A stretch of DNA of 64,000 nt from Octopus vulgaris (GCA_951406725.2 OX597815.1:42656001-42720000); one strand, 5' to 3'. Positions 26,162-39,700 are shown, counted from the stretch's first letter. Notes: a model not told the origin generated them from the sequence alone. A program made the numbers and translations.

Positions 26162-26440
26162 AGGGCGTGGCCTGGCCATTAATAAGTTACACTCATGATC
26201 GTAATATTGTAGCTCTAATTCTCGAAGCGGGTGGTATGTTATGTCCTTTTTTCACATTGGTACAGTCCACTCAGCTATATATAAATTAGTTCGACCAATA
26301 GCTGGGAAGTTAAGCCTGTGACAGGTCTGCCTCCCGTTCAGGTGTAAGTGTTGTAATTGCAGTCTCTTATACACCACGCAAACCTACCTAATCCCTGATC
26401 GCGTGAATCCTAGGGCTCATAGCAGACCTAAGTCTTAAGG
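26162..26440 (+). mobile_element. Degenerate CORE-type SINE
   Basis: CATGATCGTAA...CAGTCCACTCAGCT, shared with the 37237 and 62722 copies. Confidence 0.6.
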
Positions 26441-27195
26441 GGATTTAAATTATGCGTCTAACACCATTCCTTTTGTCCTTAGTATCCATATAAAAATGTT
26501 GCATCTTCCCACTTTGAGATACACTGTTCTAGCTTTATTACCATACTTGTTCTTAGTAATGAACATTTAATTTCGCAATTGAACATTTCTCAATCAAACA
26601 TTTGTTTGGGGCGAACTATTTAATATTTTCGCAATAACTCGGATAAACTATGACTCAGTTATAAACAGCTTAATTATAAATAACATCTCAGAGAACTGTT
26701 GTAAATTCCGCTCAATCACGAAGACATTTCATCTGACAGCTATCAAGTTGTACGTAACTAATAAAAAGAAAACGTATTACAAAATGATTGATAACATACA
26801 TTAAACTCGTTAAATTAATACAAGGCTACATATTTGAATGGAGTACTTGGTCAGTGAATATTTTGTATACTATCTAGGCATGAAGTAAAATGTTGAACCC
26901 ACATTAATTTTAGATGAACTTGCAAAGCAGTTTTATCCGACGATCTGTCGATTCCGGCATCCACTTTTAATATTGCGAGTTAATAACAATAATCAAAACT
27001 CGTGGAAATTCAGTGTTTTATAAATTGTCTTACTTTTATATTGATGTGTAAATTAATAGATCTTCACACCATAATCATTTTATTATTATAGATTTACTTT
27101 CCATGCGTTTCCATAGTTAAAGCTGTTTAAAGCGAGACATTCAAACTTGCTTCATTATTTTAAAGATTTTATTATGTAAATAAGCTATTTACATA

Positions 27196-27460
27196 AGTCG
27201 ATATTGCCTTTTATCCTTTCGGGGTCGATAAATTAAGTACCAGTTACGCACAGGGGTCGATATAATCGACTTAATCCGTCTGTCTGTCCTTGTTTGTTCT
27301 TCTCTGTGTTTAGCCCCTTGTGGGTAGTAAAGAAATAGGCAAAGAAAATATTTGCTGACAAATACTGAATTTACGGGCCTTTATGTTCTGAGCTCAAATA
27401 CCGCCGAGGCAATATTAGCATTCATCCTTCCGATGTCAATAGATTAGAAAGTACTGGGAA
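27196..27460 (+). mobile_element. Meta-like SINE pieces
   Basis: GCCTTTTATCCTTTCGGGGTCGATAAATTAAGTACCAG...GTAAAGAAATAGG, plus a second degenerate unit. Confidence 0.8.
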
Positions 27461-28779
27461 CGATTTGGGAAAGGTGTATATCAGTATCGATAGAGTACAG
27501 ACTAAAAGCTTCTGAACAGGGTAAATTTTGGTGTTCATTCCCATCGATAAAGTATCAATACTTCTGTTGATGTTCTTGAAATTATTTACGCTTAGTCCTC
27601 AACATTTATATACTGGGGCAGCGATTAGATATGATCAGTAATCGTAGTAGTATTAAAAAATGTTATGACTACAATGATTATCATTGCTATGATTGGGGCA
27701 GTAGTCGGATGAACTGATAGACCTACGAGCAAGGTACGTATCTTTATGTACTTCAGAGTTGAAGCTCCATCGCGAGTAACTTTGTGATTCATACCCTCTC
27801 CCCAGGTATTTCTCTTGGTATTTATTTTACTGACTAAGGAAGAATGAATAAGAAAGTGCAGGGCGTTGAATTTAATTGGCGTTTTATCCATACTTTACGG
27901 CATTGCATTTATGTCAAAAAATCTTTATTACTAACTGCACAATAGTGGAGATTCAGTGAGAAGAGAATCAGAATATATATCTCGAAATATTTAATCACAT
28001 TATTTTACATCTTGTATTCAAATAACACTGTGATCAACTATTATCTTTCATAACTGTGAGATCAATAACATGTAGTACCAGTCGACTACTTGAGTTGATT
28101 TAGTGAACTAAAACACTTGCTCAAACTTTCCTGCTTATGTTAGAAATCAATACAACAATTATTTTGTTTTCTCAAACGACAAATAATTGTTAAATAACTT
28201 CTCCATATTGACTGCCAACAATTACAACAAATAAATAATTAACTAAATGAATAAGTAAATAAATGAAAGAAAAACTGCTATTTCATTCGTTTTTTCTCTT
28301 TCATTGCAGAAAGTATTTAAAAAAAAAATTGTTTCTTTGAACTTGTTTTTGTTCTATTTTTGTTTCAATTTAAAGTCTGCCAACAGATCGGCCTCTGTTC
28401 ATTTGTATATTCAATTGTTTCCCGTAGTAACCATTTCTCATAAATCATTCCATTACCACCTAATCAAAACTAGTTTAACAACAGGGGTTGTCTTAGCACG
28501 TTTCTAGACCTGTATCCGGTCGTGTCGAACCAGAGTATTGAAAATAATTAGGAAGTCGATATTTAATAATATATTTGATAATGGACTATTTAAAAGATAT
28601 TTTTTTTTAAAGAAAAGCCATGACAACAAATAAAAAAATATGGTTAAAAGGAAAATGCAGAATTACCCCTTCCATTCTTCTACTAATATATTTATCATCA
28701 TTAAGGGTAGCATCATTATATTGTTGATGTAGTTTATATTAATGGTGTTAGAAATCATTGCTATTGGTAGGATGATGGA

Positions 28780-29500
28780 TGGACGAATACGCCGACTGTC
28801 GCACAATATTCCTCGGTGCATTTAGCTACCTCTTTGTACATTCCAAGGTCACGTTTGCTTTTTACTCTTTCAAGTTTTATCCTTCCAGTGTCAGTAAATT
28901 AAAGTACCAGTAAAGTGATGTGAGGCGATCTAACCTACTAATTCCCAAATTATTAGCGTTATGCCTCTGTTTAAAAAAAAACCTATATTGGTTTCAAGTT
29001 TTGGTACAAGGCCAGTAATTTTGTGGGAGGGGTAATTCAGTTAAATTGACTCCAGTTTTCAATTGGTACTTATTTTATCAACTTCGGCGGCATTTAAACT
29101 GAGAATGTAAAGCCGGAATAAATGCTGCTAAGCATTTTGTCCGGTGCAGTAACGATTCTGCCATCTCGCTGCCTTTCTGTTTGATATAATCAACCAAAAT
29201 GTGAGGCCTTGTACTAATATTTCAAACCTCTTCCAAAATGTGAGGTCTTGTGCTAACGTTCAAAACCATATGATAATATATTTGAAGTGTAGCATGTTTA
29301 AGAACGGTATATTGGCACAATATAATTTCGGTTCCAATGTACTGAGGTATTTAGTTGTTGTTCTTTACATTCTGAGTTCGAGGATTTGCTGAAGTTAATT
29401 ATAACTTTCATTGAATCAGGAAAATCAATAAAACGACGGCCGATTACCAAGGTCGATCTCATCAACTGCATTTTCGAGGCGTTGTGTCTATAATATAAAT
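28780..29500. mobile_element. Cluster of Meta-like SINEs in alternating orientation
   Basis: Degenerate + copy ~28780-28975, - copy 28986-29174, duplicated tail fragment 29193-29267, degenerate + copy ~29310-29500. Confidence 0.65.
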
Positions 29501-30060
29501 CAATTTACTAAAACACTTCGTTAATATCATAAAACAAACACACAAGCACACACAAACGCACACAGCAAACCCATTTCATACAATAACCTGCCTACATGTT
29601 TAACCAAAATGTTAAAAGAATATTTAAAATAAAATGTTTACATTGCTGTTGCCTAAATAGAAGTCTTTTGAAAAAATATAATTTAGTTTTTCTTTTAGTT
29701 GATGTCTTATTTTATTTTTCTCTAAGTAAATAACATATGATGGATGTTATTGAATAGAGATTTCAACGATTTCACTGCCTTTCAATAATACCCGAACTTT
29801 CTTAATGCAGAATCAATGATGTTTGGCATCTGGCATATATACCAAGCTAGAATGCTATAATAGAATGTGACATTGTACATAGATGGTCTGTCTTCTAATA
29901 GATTAGAGGTGATTTTCTTTTAATATTCAGCTTAAACCTACCCCATACGTGCGTATTTCAAATACACTCACATACATGCACACACACACACATACATGCA
30001 CACACACATACACACATACATACATGCACACAAATATATTTATATATACATATATATATG

Positions 30061-30123
<63 letters not shown>

Positions 30124-30143
30124 CCTTGTTTCTTTCTGTGTTC

Positions 30144-30179
30144 CTTTCTGTGGAAGAGAGTAGGCTCGAAACGTTAAAG
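30144..30179 (+). ncRNA. Minimal hammerhead ribozyme motif (variant core) in a PLE-derived fragment ~30125-30260
   Basis: CTTT-CTGTGGA-A-GAG(AGTAGG)CTC-GAAA-CGTT-AAAG; self-complementary AACGTT in place of stem III, as in dimer-forming minimal hammerheads. Confidence 0.65.
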
Positions 30180-31634
30180 ACTTTTTCACTTCCCGAGCGT
30201 TACACTAATACATCTGTTTGTTGTCTACACCACCTGTCTTCGTCTTTTGTTTTTTATGGGGGGGGGGAATTCTCCCTACATTAAGAAATACGATGTGCGT
30301 ACTGTATGTATTATGCTCAACAAACAGATTAAGGACATTGCGTGCAACAATTTGTCAAGATTCATTTAGTTTTTCTTTTCTTTCCATTGATGTCAGTAAA
30401 AATGAACAGGAAATGTGATCGTTTGAATGATTTATTATAATTGGTTATTTGTGAGATTAAATTATATTACATTGAACGCATGCTCTTTTGTAGAAGATTT
30501 TTCATAAAGAACAAATTAAGATATTGAAAAGTGGATATCTCCAAAACATGAAGGAATGTTGTAAAAATATTTAACGTATCAAATTTATTGACTCCCGCTA
30601 AAATGTATGAGTCAGATATCTCTACGTTCACTTACGTGAGTCAGCTATCTCGAATTTCATTTATGGATTATATACATTATAAGAATATTTATTCTTAAGT
30701 TAAAATTTAAACGATTGGAAAGGACTCTGATAAAAATAATATCAAAATTCATATTCAATGTTTCTTATAGACATCATCATTAATTTGCGACTTATGTCTG
30801 TCTCATAAGTATTCTATGAATCGAAAATTTGTTAGTCTTTGATGGTGTTGAAGATATTAAAAATAATGAAACGAATATTACTATTATTTTCTCTATGATA
30901 TCCATTCTATGAGAACCTAGTATGTAAACGATATTAAAATAACCAACAGCTATCCTAATTAATTTCAGATAATTTCACTGATTTTCAAACAATGTAGTAA
31001 AGAAACTATGATTTCAAAATAATATAGAAGCAGTTTTCCACTTTCTCAGTGAGATTATAGTAATTAATATTTTTCATACTTTTTTTTCTGGTAGAGAGCA
31101 CAGTAATTATCTCTACGTTGGATGTGAGATATATTTTACCATATTCAGATTCAACTAAGCAACAATTCCCAAATAATTACATCTTTCTTTTAAGGAAACA
31201 TGACACGTTATAAATTCTCGTTGACCATTCATTTAAGATTCTACAGCTTGATTTTAGAGATTTAAAATGCAAATTAGAGCTACGAAATTAGCTATCAAAT
31301 TCGATTTAATGCCGTTTTAAAGTTTAAAATACTATTCCCAAAGGAACGTTGCTGTCACACTTTCTGTTTGCATCATAAATTAACTGTAGGATTCGACGCA
31401 TTTTATTTCCAAAAGGCCTTTAATAAAGACATTTTTTTTTTAAAGAATAGCGTCGTTGGTTTCAGATTTCAATTGGCTAATTATTTACCGGATTTACGGT
31501 GGGTATATCTGCAGGGGATTCCCTCTGTAACTTAAAAGAAAAAATTATCACGCAATTGGTTATCTTTCGAAAGTATTTGTTTATAATTTTTATCATAGAT
31601 TATTATATCATCCTGCAGTTAGCTTCCCTCAAAC

Positions 31635-31673
<39 letters not shown>

Positions 31674-32009
31674 TACACACACACACACACAGACTCACAC
31701 ACACACACACACACAGACACACACACACAGACTCACACACGCATACACAGACACACACGTTTCTCACAGTTTCAGTATTTCACATTCGATTCGTTAGGAA
31801 AGTGAAATTAAAAATACAGGTTATGACAGAAGACATTTTTCAGCGGTGCCACGAAATTGGATCTTCTTAACTAAAGAGCAAATCATTTTCTTGTTCATTG
31901 TGTAATTTACTGACGTAACTTAATAAAAAGTCTTTACAGCCGATGCCGCTTCCCTTGAAAGCATAAAGAGGAAATGGTAACATGAACAAAACTACTGTGG
32001 TTTATATAT

Positions 32010-32216
32010 AAACAAGAGGGTGCTGAAAAGTTTCTAGGTTTAAGGGTATCGTGAAAGACCTGGCTGGAGTCCCAAACTCCCGAGTTCTTTAACAGGGCTT
32101 AGAAAAACTGCAGGTCAGGTACACTCAGTGTGTGAATCAGAGAAGGGAATATGTTGAATAAGATCATAATTAACTGATCCCCCTGTATTTTCTTTTACTC
32201 AAAGCCAGGAACTTTT
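32010..32216 (+). mobile_element. Mariner-derived MITE
   Basis: GAGGGTGCTGAAAAGTT...CCAGGAACTTTT ends; internal sequence is the reverse complement of the 35044-35273 element. Confidence 0.75.
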
Positions 32217-32226
32217 ATATATAGAC

Positions 32227-32269
<43 letters not shown>

Positions 32270-32977
32270 GGGCGTTTGCATATGTATGTATTTGGGTTTA
32301 CCAATATATGAAAGCAACAAATATTCATTCACTGAATAAAAAGACTGAATGCATTCTTTGAATTCAATATTTATCATAATTTTAAGACTTGTTCATCTCA
32401 TGCTATGACACAAGTAAAGAGACTATAAAATAAGACAACTCACAATCGTCTAACTTGTAACAGAAGATAATGATTATTACATTATTATTTAATATCTATT
32501 CCAAACAATTGTATAAATTCTAAATAATTTAGTCATATTGCACACGGGACAATATAGTAATTATTTTATTTCTAATTTATATTTCATATGTAAAAGAAAA
32601 ATAATAACCATAAGAAATCGTTGCAGAAGCCTTATAAAATTAATTAGCTGGAATTACAGTCATAATTTAAACACACTTACAGATAATAATAATTTTCTCA
32701 TTTACACTTTCAGAGTACGAGTCGGTTACATAACATTACGAAGATCGAGTTATATAATTTAGCAAGAAGGAATCTTCTTAGTATATGGGAGAAAGAAATT
32801 GGTTTATCAGGCATTGCTTGACTGTACTCCAGATTATGTATGTATGTATGTATGTATGTATGTATGTATGTATGTATGTATGTATGTATGTATGTATGTA
32901 TGTATGTATGTATGTATCTGTGTGTGTGTGTGTGTGTGTTTTAATATTTTATGGCAGAGATGAACAGTACTCAGTTA

Positions 32978-33301
32978 CATGTAATGACCCCCTTCGCTCA
33001 TGAATGACCATAGAATTGCAAATAGAAGTGTCCCTCCATGGCAAGGTTGTTTATGGAAGACCAGCAGTCGTCCATGCGTACCAGCTTCCCATCTCTACGC
33101 ACCAATGTTATCAAAAGGAAAGGCAAAGACCGATACAGCTTGCCCCCATCGACTCGCAACTCATTTCTACAGTTGAGTGAACTGAAGTAACGTGAAAATG
33201 AAGTGTCTTGCTCAAGAACACAACACGGCCTGGTCCGAAAATCGAACTCAGTACCTCATGATTGTGATCCCTATGCTCTAACCACTAAGCCATGCGCCTT
33301 C
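32978..33301 (-). mobile_element. CORE-type tRNA SINE with 9-bp TSD
   Basis: Reverse-complement head GAAGGCGCATGGCTTAGTGGTTAGAGC, B-box-like GAGTTCGATT, CORE-like TTCTTGAGCAAGACACTTCA; TSD ACTCAGTTA at 32969-77 and 33302-10. Confidence 0.88.
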
Positions 33302-35043
33302 ACTCAGTTATAACATATATAAGATAGCAGAATCGCAGATCTTTTTTAGGGGAAAATAGTATACAGTTTTTGTTGTATGTTATTTATGAGTAGGTCGATG
33401 TGATTGTTAGGAAGAAACATTTCCCTATTTCTGTTTTAGTTTGATTGAGTGAGGAAAATCTTTAATGTTTCCAATGAAGAATATTTTCTTTAGATATTAT
33501 ATAACACAACCTCAAAATATTTTGATAGATCTCAAACATACGTCTATTGAGAATTTTTGGTGTTGTGGTTTCATCTGCATATGAATGCATTTGAGGTTAG
33601 TCGTTTGAGAGTAGAGCAGCGTAAATTACAAAGCCTGAGAATTTCATTACAGAGTTGACAGAGTAAAATTGCAGTCTGACTTGTGCTAGACTGACTTGAC
33701 TAGAAACTCCTAATCTATTGTTTTGAGAATGGGTACAATTTGTATTCAAGTACAATTTTCAGGAAGGTCTTATACCAGTCATGGTCGAAAATATGATTTT
33801 GTTGAAAAGAAGCAAGTCTTCTCTTGAAGAAGCTAACTAACTTGATGTAAATACTTTACCCAAGATCGAATTGAGAGACATGGGATGATAATTAGCAGAA
33901 CATGGGAAATCTATATCTAAGTCATGCTATTTTTGTTGAATATTCTCTCCATATTTTATTGTTTCAGCGAAAGACAAGAAAAGCCTTATATGTGTGTGTG
34001 TAAGTATGCATGTGCGTATGTATGTGTGTGTGTTTGTGTGTGTATATGTGTGTATGTGTGTATGTGTGTGTGTGTGATGTGTGTGTGTGTGTTCAAAATT
34101 CTACACTGTTTAGTGTGAGAAGATATAATGTTGTCTGTGATAGGTTTGTCAGATGAATAACTTCTGGCTGTGACTTTTCCGCCAAGGTCAACCCAATTCT
34201 TACTGTGTGTAATCTGGCGTAAAACTCATTAGACATTATTGAAAAGCTACACGCGCGCGCACGCATACACACAGACACACAGACATACACAGACAATTTC
34301 TCTCATTTATTCTCATTCACACCCATACCCACTCACACAAATATCCACACAGTCTTCCAAACACACATATGTAAAGACATGCATAGCACTTTCTTACTCA
34401 CATACAAACACACAGACCACATACACAGAGACACACACGCGTATATATATACTTGTAGGTATATACGCAAATTCATACAAAATCAATGCAGTGCTCTTAA
34501 AAAACCTTCACATCGACTAGTCTGATGAACGTAAACATGTTTACATTGCGTGTGTACTGCCTTAGAGCCCTTAAACATGTGACCTGTTACAAGGTTACGC
34601 GGTTAAGGAATTCGCTTTGTAGCCATGTAGATCACATGTTCTCACCCACCGCATGTCAAGTTTGGATAAGTAGCCTAGTGTAGGCACAAGCCTTATGAGT
34701 TAAATTGGATACAGTAGAACAGTGTGAAGCTCGTCATATGGAATGTACCTGCAACTGAACGGACTAGGTTTATCACACACTGTATCACACTGCGTAGAAC
34801 TATGTCACGATGACTATTCTTGAGGATACATGTCTTAGAGTACATGTGATTCTACTCGATCACCAGGAAGTTCTTTTTGATGAGTAAGTAGTTCAATCAA
34901 TAGATGAAAACAACCTAATGTTCATTGCTAAAAGAAATACAGGATCTTCCAATTATTTTAGCTTTACATCCTAACTATGTGTTTGCAAGTGCATGTATGT
35001 ATATACGTGTTAGGCTGCTTGTCTGTGTGTGTGCATGTGTATA

Positions 35044-35273
35044 TACGAGAGATTGCTGAAAAGTTCTTGGCTTTGGTTAAAAGAAAGTACAGGAGCTTCA
35101 GTTAATTATGTTATTCAGCTTGTTCCCCTCTCAGATTTCACACACTTGTTACAGCGGTTCTTCGGCCTCTCTAAATCCTGTAAAATCCCTGCAAAAGAAC
35201 CCAGAAGATCGGTCCTCCAAGCCGGCCTTTCGCGCTACCCTTAAAGTCGGGAACTTTTTAGCATCTCCTCGTA
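35044..35273 (-). mobile_element. Mariner-derived MITE
   Basis: TIRs TACGAGAGATTGCTGAAAAGTTC / GAACTTTTTAGCATCTCCTCGTA in TA context; similar to the TIR of the 51504 mariner. Confidence 0.85.
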
Positions 35274-36010
35274 TGTATGTATGTATGTATGTATGTATGT
35301 ATGTATGTATGTATGTATGTATGTATGTATGTGTGTATGTATGTATATATGTATGCATGCATGTATGTATGTATGTGTGTATGTATGTGTGTATGTATGT
35401 ATGTATGTATGTATGTATGTATGTATGTGTGTATGCATGTATATATGTATGCATGTATGTATGTATGTATGTATGTATGTATGTATGTATGTGTGTATGT
35501 ATGTATATATGTATACATGCATGCATGTATGTATGTATGTATGTATGTGTGTATGTAAGTATATATGTAAGCATGCATGCATGTATGTATGTATGTATGT
35601 ATGTATGTATGTGTGTATGTATGTATATATATGTATGCATGCATGTATGTATGTATGTATGTATGTGTGTATGTAAGTATATATGTAAGCATGCATGCAT
35701 GCATGCATGTATGTATGTATGCATGTATGTATGTGTGTATGTATGTATATATATATGTATGCATGCATGCATGTATGTATGTATGTATGTGTGTGTGTAT
35801 GTATGTATATATGTATGCATGCATGCATGTATGTGTGTATGTATTTATGTATGTATGCATGTATGTATGCATGCATGTATGTATGTATGTATATATGTAT
35901 GCATGCATGTATGTATGTATGTATGTATGCATGCATGTATGCATGCATGCATGCATGCATGTATGTATGTATATATATATATGTATGTATGTATATATGT
36001 ATGTATGTAT
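35272..36010. repeat. ~740-bp compound (TATG/CATG/TG) satellite
   Basis: Seen directly; variant block ATGTAAGTATATATGTAAGCATGCATGC occurs twice (~35553, ~35671). Confidence 0.95.
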
Positions 36011-36480
36011 GTGTCTTTATTCAGTTTTATTTCAAGGTTTCTTTCCAATAGAGTCAATTTCTAACTTAGATCCAAGGCTCCTTCATTTGAATTTCAACGG
36101 CATCAGCAGAATGGTTTTACATGTATGTTTGCATATGTGAAATATTTGGAGTGAGAGCATGTGCAGATTTGTATGTTTTTTTTATGTATTTATATATGTA
36201 TGTTAGAGTTGAAAGGCCTCTGGCTGAATACAAACTATTTCCAGTATCTAATTCTTTATTCAGTCTGTGTGGTAGGGAATTTTCCAGCTGATTTGGACTC
36301 ACATGGCACATGAAAGTATACCACGAAGATGCTGTACAGAATAAGCACCTGATTCCAGCACATGATAATGAATGCTGCATCTGCATAAAAAATGCATGAC
36401 ACTTCCTTATTTTGAAAGCCATTATAGGTTCTATCGTCAGTGGGAAAATGACTACGAACAAACAAATCAAGAACAAGGCA
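36011..36480 (-). mobile_element. CR1/L2-group LINE 3' end with (CATA)n tail
   Basis: Frameshifted WNSLP-like motif (reverse complement TGGAAAATTCCCTACCA); AATAAA just before the (CATA)n array; second copy of the 3' UTR at ~47730-47970 in the opposite orientation. Confidence 0.6.
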
Positions 36481-36906
36481 ACTGGTCAGCAGTGATAGTG
36501 GTACTCATCTAGCGAGTCGACAGCATCATGTGTGTGTGTGTGTGTGTATGTATGTGTGTGTGTGTGTGTGTGCGTTGCTGTAGCCACCTAGGTGTTGCGA
36601 CCCTGACTGTGCGGAGTAATGTGGGTTGAATTTATATAGATTTTTACTGGAAATGATGAGAGACCAAAAGACCACCGGAAGAGAAGTTTTGAAGTAATAA
36701 CTCTGAAGGAAATATCAAAGAGTCAAATAAAGAAATGAGAATGGATTATATTCTATAGCTTATTTTCACGGGTGTGTACCAGTTTTCAATAAGAAATAGC
36801 GCTTCTCGTGGATTTTTGATGATCTTTGATATCAGTCCAAGTAGAAATGTGCTCATTAAAAGTTATTTTCTAGAAGATCAAACATTAAAACCATCTCTCT
36901 CTTCCC

Positions 36907-36975
<69 letters not shown>

Positions 36976-37236
36976 ATATATACACTACCTCTGTATCTCC
37001 ACAATCAGTATCACCCAGCCAGTATTACTCCCACATTCACCCTTCTGTCGCAACGAATTTCATCGTTAATAATGAAAGATAACTTCATAGTAGTCTGCAG
37101 TGCATTACATATGAGACTGTTATTATCTTTCTCAAAGTAACTTTATTTCTAGCCATTCGTGGTCAGAACCAATCAATTTTCCCATGGAAAAATATGCAGC
37201 TTTACGTAATAGTTTCCTTATGACAAAATATATTTT

Positions 37237-37496
37237 GTGGAGGCGCGTGGCTTAGTTGTTAGGGTGTCAGCATCATGATCGTAAGATTGTGGTTTCGATT
37301 CCTAGACTTGGTGACGCGTTGTGTTCTTGAGCAAAACACTTCATTTCACGTTACTCCAGTCTACTCAGCTGGCAAAAATGAGTAACGCTGCGATGGTCTG
37401 GCGTCCCATCCAGCTCGGGAACATATACGCCATGGAAACCGGATAACCAGGCCCATGAGCCTGGCTAGGCTTTTAAAGAAGAAGAAGAAGAAGAAG
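37237..37496 (+). mobile_element. CORE-type tRNA SINE with (GAA)n tail and ~12-bp TSD
   Basis: GGAGGCGCGTGGCTTAGTTGTTAGGG head, GGTTTCGATTCC box, CORE-like body; TSD AAAATATATTTT 37225-36 / AAAATATCTTTT 37497-508. Confidence 0.88.
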
Positions 37497-37717
37497 AAAA
37501 TATCTTTTACTGTTAGGATAATTTCCCTTTTCAGCTATTGAAGTAGGTTCTGTTATTTAAAGAAAGAATTGCGAATGAGAAGAGCCAACCTAATGTTGGG
37601 AGTTAAATATCAGTTGTTCATTATTTACTTCAATCTATTTTACGTCGTTTTAAAATGTATAATAAACTGTCAGTCATCAAAACTAGTTTTTATCAAGGAA
37701 TAAACATATGATAATAT

Positions 37718-37930
37718 TGATTTCAAATTTTGTTACAAGGACAACAACTTCGAAGGAGGGGTTAGTCGATTATATCAGTCCCAGTGCTTGACTGGTACTT
37801 ATTTTATCGACGTCGAAAGGATGACAGGCAAGTCGATTTCGGCGGAATTTGAACTCAGAACGTAAAGACGGACGAAATGCTGCTAATATTTTTCCCGGCG
37901 TGCTGACGATTCTCCTAGTTCACCGACTTT
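37718..37930 (-). mobile_element. Meta-like SINE
   Basis: TGGTACTTATTTTATCGAC...GGCGGAATTTGAACTCAGAACGTAAAG core. Confidence 0.85.
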
Positions 37931-39700
37931 AAATGTGTGATAGTATTAATGTTCAAACACAATTTCAACTTCAGTTTGTACAATAGTTTCAGGAATAATC
38001 AGTTATACTGAGATATTAGAGCACATGCATGAATATTAGCATAACGTAAGCTGCATTAAATTAATCTTTTCTTTAAATCGTCAAATCCCAAAACGAGATA
38101 TGCTATCTTTCAGCATGCACTTAAATTCAGCTATTTATTTAAACTATCCTGCGCGCGTTCAGAAAAATATCTTTTATCTTTACTCCACAATACTCTTTTC
38201 TTTGCTCGTGTTTTGGTTTTTAAATTCATAAGCTTTTCATTGATATCGAAATCTGACATCAAAACTCAACGAGGAATTAATTACTCTCCGCTGTCCGTCT
38301 CTAACAAAAATATTAATTATACAACTATAACAACAACAATATAATCTCAAAGACAACATTTGTCTAAGATGACCGTGCAATTTCTGAAACAGTAAGATTC
38401 AAGTTACTATTTTGCACCTCTCTGAATAACACTCATTCTTGGCGTCCTAATTATCATATTGCTTTAAGAGATATAAACAACAAATTGTTTCTCGTATTTC
38501 ACCTCAAAAGCAAATCACAGAGAATCTTTGTACTGCTTCAGACGGATATATTCTTTCAATTCATTTCACCCGTTTGATACTAACTCATCTGAGACTGCAT
38601 CTGGTTTTTATGATACAAAAACTATCCAGTATATACCAAATACCAGATTAGTAACAGGATAATTAAGTTTTCTTATTAAATAACAGAAGTAAGAGAGTAA
38701 CTTAAGGGCCAAGAGTTTCGCGTATAAATCTAATAGAATAATTTGTTATTTTACTAAATCCCTTCTGAATTCCTTATCAATTTCAAAATAAATTGAGACA
38801 CATGGTTAGTGTATTTGGTGAGAATTACTATCATGAAAGGCAAAATAACTCCTATTTAAATGCACATCGTGGGCAGAAAACAAACGATCAGTATCGAAGA
38901 TTTCTTTCTATTTCCATTCACAACATTTTTCTCCGTATTCTTGAAATCAATTCCAGCTGATCCCCTAGTTATGCAAGTACGATTTGTAGTGTTCATACCG
39001 CTTCTGGGATTGTAAGAAGAAAAGTAAGTGAAGCAGCTATAACATTTAATCAAGCCCGGTTGGCCGGATTGGTTTGCTTGTAACTTACTATCTATACCAA
39101 GAAACTCGTCATCTTTGAAGGTCCTCTTCGCAGAAATAGCAACCAACTTTCTTTCAAATCACTCACGTGTGTCTTAAAAACATAGGGAATCCACTAGCTT
39201 ATATATATACCGTTTGAAAAAGAGAGAGTGTGTTGTAGTTTGAATGCCTCTGATCAAAAGTCGTCTTGACAGGAACTGGCTTAAGACTAAACGAGAACAA
39301 GAAAATGTATGATAATATTTATGTTCAAATACAGTTTCAACTTCAGTTTTTACAATAGTTTCAGGAATATATCAGTTATACTGAGCTATTCAAGCACTTG
39401 CATAACGTAAGCTGCATTAAATTAATCATTTCCTTAAATTATCAAATCCCAAAAGGAGATATATTATCTTCCAGCATGCACTTAAATTCAACTATTTATT
39501 TAAACTATTGTAAGCCCGATTAAAAACATATCTTTCACCTTTGCTCTACAATACTCTTTCCTTCGCTCGTATTTTGGATTTTAAGTTCATAAGCTCTTCA
39601 TTGTTATCGAAATCTGACATCAAAACCCATACAAGGAATTAATTACTCTTTGCTATCTGTCTCTCACAAAAAGAAAAATAATTATACAACAACAACAACG
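37931..39700 (+). repeat. Direct duplication of ~400 bp (37931-38339 and 39303-39700)
   Basis: Colinear shared blocks such as TTTCAACTTCAGTTT, GCATAACGTAAGCTGCATTAAATTAATC, CAGCATGCACTTAAATTCA and ATCGAAATCTGACATCAAAAC. Confidence 0.92.

Noticed and set aside
35108-36140. Long ORFs up to 318 aa (MYVC/HTYI repeats)
   Set aside because: Translations of a stop-free (TATG)n satellite; the same applies to the ORFs at 3.0-4.0, 15.6, 19.7-20.1 and 47.6-48.0 kb.
37237-37310. tRNA-like sequences at SINE heads
   Set aside because: A/B boxes are present but they run into SINE bodies with tails and TSDs; not tRNA genes.
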